A stretch of DNA of 58,446 nt. It comes from a virus. The notes below the pieces were generated by a model. That model was not told the origin of the DNA. It worked only from the letters and a program-made list of their open reading frames with translations, and ran no database searches. Below are positions 53,417 through 58,446 of the stretch, in pieces. The stretch is taken from the IMG/VR virus record IMGVR_UViG_3300025597_000001; one strand, 5' to 3'. Made by a program: the position numbers and the translations under genes. Position 1 is the stretch's first letter, and each line of letters starts with the position of its first letter.

Positions 53417-53857
53417 ATGAAAAAAGAACGAAGTTTTATCGGCAAGATTTTTAATGTAAGCGACGAAAAATATCGTATCAGGTCTATAACTTACGGCGAC
53501 AAAGGAGTACATTCAATCGAAATAGACGGATGCGATGAAAACAGAAATTATGTATATGAGGTTACTTTGGATGCTAACGGAGTAACGGTGAGACCATCAA
53601 TATATCCTAAATGGGTAGGAGCGCCCATTAGTTCAGAAGAATCAGACGAACCAAAAGTGGGAGATAGGTGCATCTTTTGGAATGACAACAGCAAAATATT
53701 TGCAATTGATACCTTGAAAAAGGGAGATGAGAATATAGTATCTTATAATGATGGGATAAAATTCTTATGGGTTGTGAACAATAACTATTTCAAGAATTGC
53801 ACAAAATATTCTGACAAGAAACTCATTGAAATTGTAAACAAGCTATGGCAAAAGTAA
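53417..53857 (+). CDS. Hypothetical protein
   Basis: 146-aa ORF. Confidence 0.55.
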   Translation: MKKERSFIGKIFNVSDEKYRIRSITYGDKGVHSIEIDGCDENRNYVYEVTLDANGVTVRPSIYPKWVGAPISSEESDEPKVGDRCIFWNDNSKIFAIDTLKKGDENIVSYNDGIKFLWVVNNNYFKNCTKYSDKKLIEIVNKLWQK

Positions 53858-54234
53858 GCTTTGACTTCGACGGAGTGTTGGATAGATCCGATGTAGTGCT
53901 ATATGTCAAGACACTTATTGAACGTGGCGTTGATGTCTATATTTGTACATCAAGATTAAGCAATGATGCTGCACCGAGTGATAGGTGGAACGACGACTTG
54001 TATCAAATAATGGATGTTCTTGGGCTTAATCGTCGCAACGTAATATTCTGCAACAATATTTACAAGTATCAAGTTTTCAAACACGGCGACTTTTTGTTTC
54101 ACGTCGATGACAGCTTCGATGAGGTTGAATTAATCAACTCATATACAAACACCGTCGGAGTATTTTTAGGCGATGGATGGATTGATAAATGCGAACAACT
54201 AATTAATAAAAATTATGGCAAAATTAAGAGTTAA
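53845..54234 (+). CDS. Small HAD-superfamily hydrolase
   Basis: SFDFDGVLD (DxDxV motif I), ICTSR (motif II) and FHVDDS (motif IV). Confidence 0.55.
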   Translation: MAKVSFDFDGVLDRSDVVLYVKTLIERGVDVYICTSRLSNDAAPSDRWNDDLYQIMDVLGLNRRNVIFCNNIYKYQVFKHGDFLFHVDDSFDEVELINSYTNTVGVFLGDGWIDKCEQLINKNYGKIKS

Positions 54235-54403
54235 ATACACACCCATTGATCCATATTATTCAACCTTTGAACAAACGTTTATATCGGAGACAATAGATGG
54301 TTGCGAAGAACAACAATTTGAATTTGAAGAGTGGCTTGGGAGAGAGCATTCAGCTAATATTATGTTTATTTATAAAGTAGAAGTATTAGAACTAAAATAT
54401 TAG
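54215..54403 (+). CDS. Hypothetical protein
   Basis: 62-aa ORF. Confidence 0.4.
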   Translation: MAKLRVKYTPIDPYYSTFEQTFISETIDGCEEQQFEFEEWLGREHSANIMFIYKVEVLELKY

Positions 54404-54408
54404 ATACG

Positions 54409-54690
54409 ATGAAAGTATATATAGTTGAATCAGATTTTGGCTGTTATGAAGATTACACAAAAGTAATTAACGGCATTTATTCACGCCCTGAAATTGCAGA
54501 AATAGAGGCTCAAAAAATTAGAGATTATTATAAAGAAATACGAGAAAGGGGAGATCCATCAGAAGAACTTGAAAATTATGAAAATATGCCAGATGATGAA
54601 TATGAAAGATTAAGTGAAATGCTGGACGATTATTACGAGGCACTTGAATATAATCAAACAGTTGTAAAGGAATATGATGTTATTGACTAA
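54409..54690 (+). CDS. Acidic hypothetical protein
   Basis: 93 aa, strongly D/E-rich in the C-terminal half. Confidence 0.5.
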   Translation: MKVYIVESDFGCYEDYTKVINGIYSRPEIAEIEAQKIRDYYKEIRERGDPSEELENYENMPDDEYERLSEMLDDYYEALEYNQTVVKEYDVID

Positions 54691-54713
54691 TATAGTTATA
54701 AAAAGTTATCAAC

Positions 54714-55049
54714 ATGAAAGAATTTAAAGGAACAAAAGGGGAGTGGTGGTTACCACATTTTGCAGATCCAACATGTGAGTGTGATTGCGGGTTCGTGTTA
54801 AATGAGAGTGTTATGGGAGCAATAGCCACCGTACATTACCATAAGAGCGACAAAGATGAAAATCCACCATTAGAAGAGGCTGTTTATAACGCACGACTAA
54901 TATCGTCAGCTCCAAACTTATTGATGATATTACAAGAACTTATTGATGTATGCAAAAAAGTACAATCAAATTGTGATATTGGAGAATATTCTGATTCGTT
55001 GAAAAAATCGTTGGATGACGCAAGAGTTATTGTAGATAAAGTATTATAA
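54714..55049 (+). CDS. Hypothetical protein
   Basis: 111-aa ORF. Confidence 0.5.
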   Translation: MKEFKGTKGEWWLPHFADPTCECDCGFVLNESVMGAIATVHYHKSDKDENPPLEEAVYNARLISSAPNLLMILQELIDVCKKVQSNCDIGEYSDSLKKSLDDARVIVDKVL

Positions 55050-55066
55050 AATAAAAACATACAAAA

Positions 55067-55333
55067 ATGGACAGCATTAAAGAAATTGTACTCAAAGAGT
55101 ACCAAAAAGGTAACATCGTAATTAATAGTTTAGAAGGGCTTATGTCGGCCTCATTAACCGATTTTATAAACAACAATGCCGACGAAATTCTTTACGACCT
55201 TAATAGGGACGAGGCGACTATTCTTACGTTTATCGACGATCCTAAATGGATAAACGATTTTGCGGCTGCAAAAGTCATTCGTGCTCTTAAAGATAAAATA
55301 GACGAATTAGAGAACCAACTTAAAAAGATATGA
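55067..55333 (+). CDS. Hypothetical protein
   Basis: 88-aa ORF. Confidence 0.5.
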   Translation: MDSIKEIVLKEYQKGNIVINSLEGLMSASLTDFINNNADEILYDLNRDEATILTFIDDPKWINDFAAAKVIRALKDKIDELENQLKKI

Positions 55334-55491
55334 ACCAAACACTTGAACAATTAAAACAGTATTTCGATAATACCCCAGAAGAAGAAATAAGAAAAGAATG
55401 GGATGATTTGGATCGGTCGTGTAAAGATATTGACCCGAAGATAGATGAGTTTTTAACAATATTAAACAAAAGAAAACGAAACGATGAATAA
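55330..55491 (+). CDS. Small hypothetical protein (53 aa)
   Basis: Hand-translated MNQTLEQLKQYFDNTPEEEIRKEWDDLDRSCKDIDPKIDEFLTILNKRKRNDE. It has ATGA overlaps with both neighbours. Confidence 0.45.
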   Translation: MNQTLEQLKQYFDNTPEEEIRKEWDDLDRSCKDIDPKIDEFLTILNKRKRNDE

Positions 55492-55738
55492 ATTTGAACA
55501 ATTAGCAAAAAAACTTGGAAATGACAATTTGTTGAAGTCTGACGACAACTTGATAAACAACAATTTCCGGCAGGCAATTTCTTATTACCTAAGCTCAAAT
55601 GGTTATTTTTTGATTGACATTGCGAAATGGCAGGGTACAAATAAGGCTGTTGTCATGATGCAAATAAAAGCATTTAAGGATTCACTTAACAAGAAAGATA
55701 AATTATCTGTTGAATTATGGAACAAACTTAATAGTTAA
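55484..55738 (+). CDS. Hypothetical protein
   Basis: 84-aa ORF. Confidence 0.5.
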   Translation: MNKFEQLAKKLGNDNLLKSDDNLINNNFRQAISYYLSSNGYFLIDIAKWQGTNKAVVMMQIKAFKDSLNKKDKLSVELWNKLNS

Positions 55739-55773
55739 AGTTTATTAAAACACGGAAAATAATTGATTGAATG

Positions 55774-55805
55774 TTTGGAAAGTAATAAAATAACATATAT
55801 CTTTG
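55774..55805 (+). promoter_or_regulatory. Bacteroidota-type promoter
   Basis: TTTG at 55774-55777, then 20 nt, then TATCTTTG at 55798-55805, about 20 nt before the ATG at 55825. Confidence 0.45.
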
Positions 55806-55824
55806 AACAATAAAAATTATATTT

Positions 55825-56043
55825 ATGGAAATAAAAGAAGACCATTCTATGTTATCAGACAAAACCATTTTGACTTCTTTATTGGAAGAAATTAGAGAAG
55901 ACAAAAGAAGACATCCAATTAAAAACAGGTGGTTCTGTTTTAAGATCGAAGCATACCTTCTGTTGACAGAAAATAAATTAATTAGGTGGATAGAAAAGAA
56001 ATTTAAAAATTGGAAGCTATATCATAAATCTATTAAAAACTAA
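55825..56043 (+). CDS. Hypothetical protein
   Basis: 72-aa ORF. Confidence 0.5.
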   Translation: MEIKEDHSMLSDKTILTSLLEEIREDKRRHPIKNRWFCFKIEAYLLLTENKLIRWIEKKFKNWKLYHKSIKN

Positions 56044-56048
56044 AAACA

Positions 56049-56288
56049 ATGAGCAATTACGAACAAAAAGCAGGTACTGGAACACTTTGGAAAAACGAAA
56101 ATTACGTTAAGGGAGGAAATCAACCTTATGCAAAGGGAACTATTAAGGACTTAAACGGAGATGATATTGATGTTGCACTATGGATTCCAAAAAGCGATAA
56201 GATTAAAGGATTTAACATTACCATGCAAGAACCTTACAAAAAGAAAGAAGAAACTTCAAACAAGGAAGATGCTTCTCTTCCGTTTTAA
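56049..56288 (+). CDS. Small DUF736-like/OB-like protein with an SSB-type acidic LPF tail (putative ssDNA-binding)
   Basis: GTGTLWKNENYVKGGNQPYAKGTI...DVALWIPKSDKIKGFNITMQEP and the C-terminus ...NKEDASLPF. Confidence 0.4.
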   Translation: MSNYEQKAGTGTLWKNENYVKGGNQPYAKGTIKDLNGDDIDVALWIPKSDKIKGFNITMQEPYKKKEETSNKEDASLPF

Positions 56289-56296
56289 ATTAGAAC

Positions 56297-56566
56297 ATGG
56301 AAACACAAAAAGGAGTGTGGATTTACACATCAACAGCAGATGGGAATCCTGAAGAAAAACCTATTTTTGTTAATTATATTGATGGAGAAACAAAAAAAGA
56401 GGAGGTTGTTGAAAGATTAAACAACGGTTTGCGGCTTGGCGTAGTGGCGGAATTAGAAGCACAAACTTTCAATATGTCACTACCGTTTTTTAGAAGTACT
56501 ACCATTCAATTTGCCACTGCCCCCGCTATTACGCAAAACCGCTGTTGGCTGCTGTGCTTCTTCTAA
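56297..56566 (+). CDS. Hypothetical protein carrying module copy Y; its 3' end overlaps the convergent methylase gene
   Basis: 89-aa ORF. Its last 87 nt overlap 56480..57400 on the other strand, so the true extent is uncertain. Confidence 0.4.
   Translation: METQKGVWIYTSTADGNPEEKPIFVNYIDGETKKEEVVERLNNGLRLGVVAELEAQTFNMSLPFFRSTTIQFATAPAITQNRCWLLCFF
56424..56566 (+). repeat. Copy Y of the diverged ~145-nt module (partner 52886..53035)
   Basis: See copy X. Confidence 0.6.
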
Positions 56567-57400
56567 ATCAGTATAGTATTCTTCTGTCTTTTCTTCTATA
56601 ATAAAAAGTCTTGGTGCGTCTGCTATTAGTTTTACTCTTTGTCTTGCAATTTCACAGTACTCGTGGCTTATGTCAATTCCGATATATCGTCTGCCCATTT
56701 CACAAGCAACTCTTGGAGTTGTACCACTTCCACACATAGGGTCTAAAACAATGTCTCCTGGATTTGACCAAGAGAAAATGTGGTCTCTAACAAGTTGACA
56801 AGGAAAAGGTGCTGGATGTCCTTTTGCTTCTTGGTCTTCTTGTTTTTTACCTACAACATATTCCCAAATGTTTCCTTTGATTTTTTTTTCCTTTACAGGT
56901 TTAGCTAATTTTTCTCTTTTCTGCTCATTTTTTGAAAAGTTTTTGTAAGTTGTTCCATTTAGTTCTAAACCTGCGTGTAAACAATCAACCATAATTGGGT
57001 TGTGTGTTTTAACAAAACCTTTACTAAAAACAAACATATACTCAAATTCATTGTTGTAACGTTTACGATAGATTTGAGGTATTGGATTTGCCTTACGAAA
57101 TATCATTGTGTCGTGAAGATTAAAACCAATCTGCTGGAAAAATAACGCCTGTTTAAAACTTGAGCCTGTTTCGTTACCGTTAATTGTAGCATCGCTAACA
57201 ACCCAAACAACTATGCCACCTTCTTTTGTTACTCTGAAAAGTTCCTTTGCGATATCTTCAAATGGAAAAACAAATCCTTTATAATTTCGCAAATCATCAT
57301 AAGGCGGAGAAGTAATAGTAAGGTCAATTACATTGTCATCAAACTGTCGCATTACCTCTACGCAGTTGCCTTCTATTATTTTATTTATGAATTTCTCCAT
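56480..57400 (-). CDS. Type II DNA methyltransferase (SPPY, beta-class), cognate of the adjacent endonuclease
   Basis: 306 aa with LTITSPPYDD (motif IV), GHPAPFPCQL and VLDPMCGSGTT (motif I). It starts 7 nt downstream of the REase gene on the same strand. Confidence 0.85.
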   Translation of the reverse strand: MEKFINKIIEGNCVEVMRQFDDNVIDLTITSPPYDDLRNYKGFVFPFEDIAKELFRVTKEGGIVVWVVSDATINGNETGSSFKQALFFQQIGFNLHDTMIFRKANPIPQIYRKRYNNEFEYMFVFSKGFVKTHNPIMVDCLHAGLELNGTTYKNFSKNEQKREKLAKPVKEKKIKGNIWEYVVGKKQEDQEAKGHPAPFPCQLVRDHIFSWSNPGDIVLDPMCGSGTTPRVACEMGRRYIGIDISHEYCEIARQRVKLIADAPRLFIIEEKTEEYYTDLEEAQQPTAVLRNSGGSGKLNGSTSKKR

Positions 57401-57406
57401 AGCTAA

Positions 57407-58321
57407 TTATTTAAGTGCAAATAGTCCGTTGTCTGTAATTGCATTGATAGTTTTTATTCTACTTTCAATCTTGTGAACTTTGATAAGTTCCTTCAATGCC
57501 TCTTTGTGGGTCATTTTCATTATTTTTTCCCTTTCTTGTGCTAAAAATGTAAGGGCTTCTTCTTTTGAAATAGCGATACTTTCAGTTGCAACTCCTTTCT
57601 CAATACTCCACAAAGGTTCAATTGCTTTAGAAAAGGAGAGGATGGTTTTATTGATTGCTAACCAATAGTCGGTAGCATTTTTTGAAGGATTGAGTGCCTT
57701 TACGGTTTCAAATATTTTTTTTAAAAGTTGTTGAGCTTTTGCTTGCCCTTCTTTTTCAGAATATGCAAGAAGTAAAGCAAGGTGAGAGTAGGTGAAAATA
57801 CACACATTTTGTGTTGTTGCTTGTTGGTAAATTTGGCTTGAAGAAGTTGGAAGCTGATAAATAGGGCAAACTACCATTGCATAAGGTTTACCACGTTTCC
57901 AACTGTGCATTGCTTGAACTTTAAAGTCCTTTTGATTTTTTGCTGTTCTGCTTAGTCTGAACGCTTTAGCATCGGCAACAAAGCTGTAGTCTTTTGCAAA
58001 TGCTTCAACGTCTGCCGCATCTGCCCGCTCTTTAAGCACCAAACTTTTAAGTCCTAATGCTGAATATGCTAACGAAAGTAAACAATCTGTGTATTTTGAA
58101 TAGAGTTTTTCTTCGCTTGTGTCGTGTCCATAACTTTCAGGAATGTTTCCGCAAAGTCGCAAGTGGTCAATTAGAGAAGGAATACCATTTTTCTTGATTT
58201 CAGCCTCTAATTCTTTTTCTAATTTATCTGTATCGTCACCGAAATTACCACTCAGTTTTCGGATTTCTTCAATCCAATACTTTCTTGTTTTTATTGCCTT
58301 ATCTGTTATTATTTTATTCAT
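57407..58321 (-). CDS. Type II restriction endonuclease, HindIII-like PD-(D/E)XK
   Basis: 304 aa. The block DVEAFAKDYSFVADAKAFRLSRTAKNQKDFKVQAM...FTYSHLALLL matches, from memory, the R.HindIII D...D-A-K catalytic block. The R-then-M order and about 300-aa sizes also fit. Confidence 0.6.
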   Translation of the reverse strand: MNKIITDKAIKTRKYWIEEIRKLSGNFGDDTDKLEKELEAEIKKNGIPSLIDHLRLCGNIPESYGHDTSEEKLYSKYTDCLLSLAYSALGLKSLVLKERADAADVEAFAKDYSFVADAKAFRLSRTAKNQKDFKVQAMHSWKRGKPYAMVVCPIYQLPTSSSQIYQQATTQNVCIFTYSHLALLLAYSEKEGQAKAQQLLKKIFETVKALNPSKNATDYWLAINKTILSFSKAIEPLWSIEKGVATESIAISKEEALTFLAQEREKIMKMTHKEALKELIKVHKIESRIKTINAITDNGLFALK

Positions 58322-58446
58322 TTAAACCCGTCAAAAATTAGTCTTCAAATTTACTTAAATTGTTGATTTAGCAGTCCGGGAAAAGGTCAAAAGTTGTCAA
58401 CTATTATTAATATCTGTTACGCATTTTGTTAGCATTGCAGCCAACG
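58320..58446. repeat. Second copy of the 127-nt terminal repeat
   Basis: Identical to 1..127. Confidence 0.95.
58346..58353 (-). promoter_or_regulatory. -7 box TAAATTTG upstream of the R-M operon
   Basis: The minus strand reads agTAAATTTGaagac about 25 nt before the REase ATG. No clean -33 TTTG is present. The box lies inside the terminal repeat (also at 27-34). Confidence 0.3.

Noticed and set aside
52886-56566. Diversity-generating retroelement (TR/VR pair) as an explanation for the X/Y repeats or the fibre-gene repeats
   Set aside because: No reverse transcriptase gene exists anywhere in the genome. The two copies differ by indels and by substitutions at all four bases, rather than only at adenines.

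Overview
The window is one complete replicon. Bases 1-127 are identical to 58320-58446, giving about 58.3 kb of unique sequence. It is a low-GC tailed dsDNA phage with a siphovirus-type layout. On the minus strand lie an integrase, a block of small early genes, a DnaD-like Rep, an exonuclease, the portal and an intein-containing large terminase. From about 21.8 kb the plus strand carries scaffold, decoration-like and major capsid genes and head-tail joining genes. These are followed by the tail tube, a G/GT chaperone with an A10 slippery run, a 1364-aa tape measure, Dit/Tal-like proteins and several fibre proteins. Next come a lysis cassette, then a recombination, nucleotide and replication module (Erf-like, PD-(D/E)XK nuclease, dNTP pyrophosphatase-NT5C fusion, RNA ligase, YopX, DUF1064, DnaB). 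The genome carries six DNA methyltransferase(-like) genes plus a complete HindIII-like type II R-M pair. TTTG-N19-21-TAnnTTTG promoter motifs and A-rich, SD-less leaders suggest a Bacteroidota host. The items most worth follow-up are as follows. (1) A LAGLIDADG intein sits in the TerL P-loop. (2) An ORF-free, GC-enriched, helix-rich island lies at 14.76-15.15 kb. (3) A TnpB C-terminal remnant lies next to int. (4) The ori-like region contains iterons. (5) Gene-fragment duplications flank a methylase and the dnaB module. (6) A diverged ~145-nt module is repeated at 52.9 and 56.4 kb. (7) SSB-like LPF tails occur on DnaB and on a 79-aa protein. All functional calls rest on motifs read by eye and on synteny; no database search was possible.
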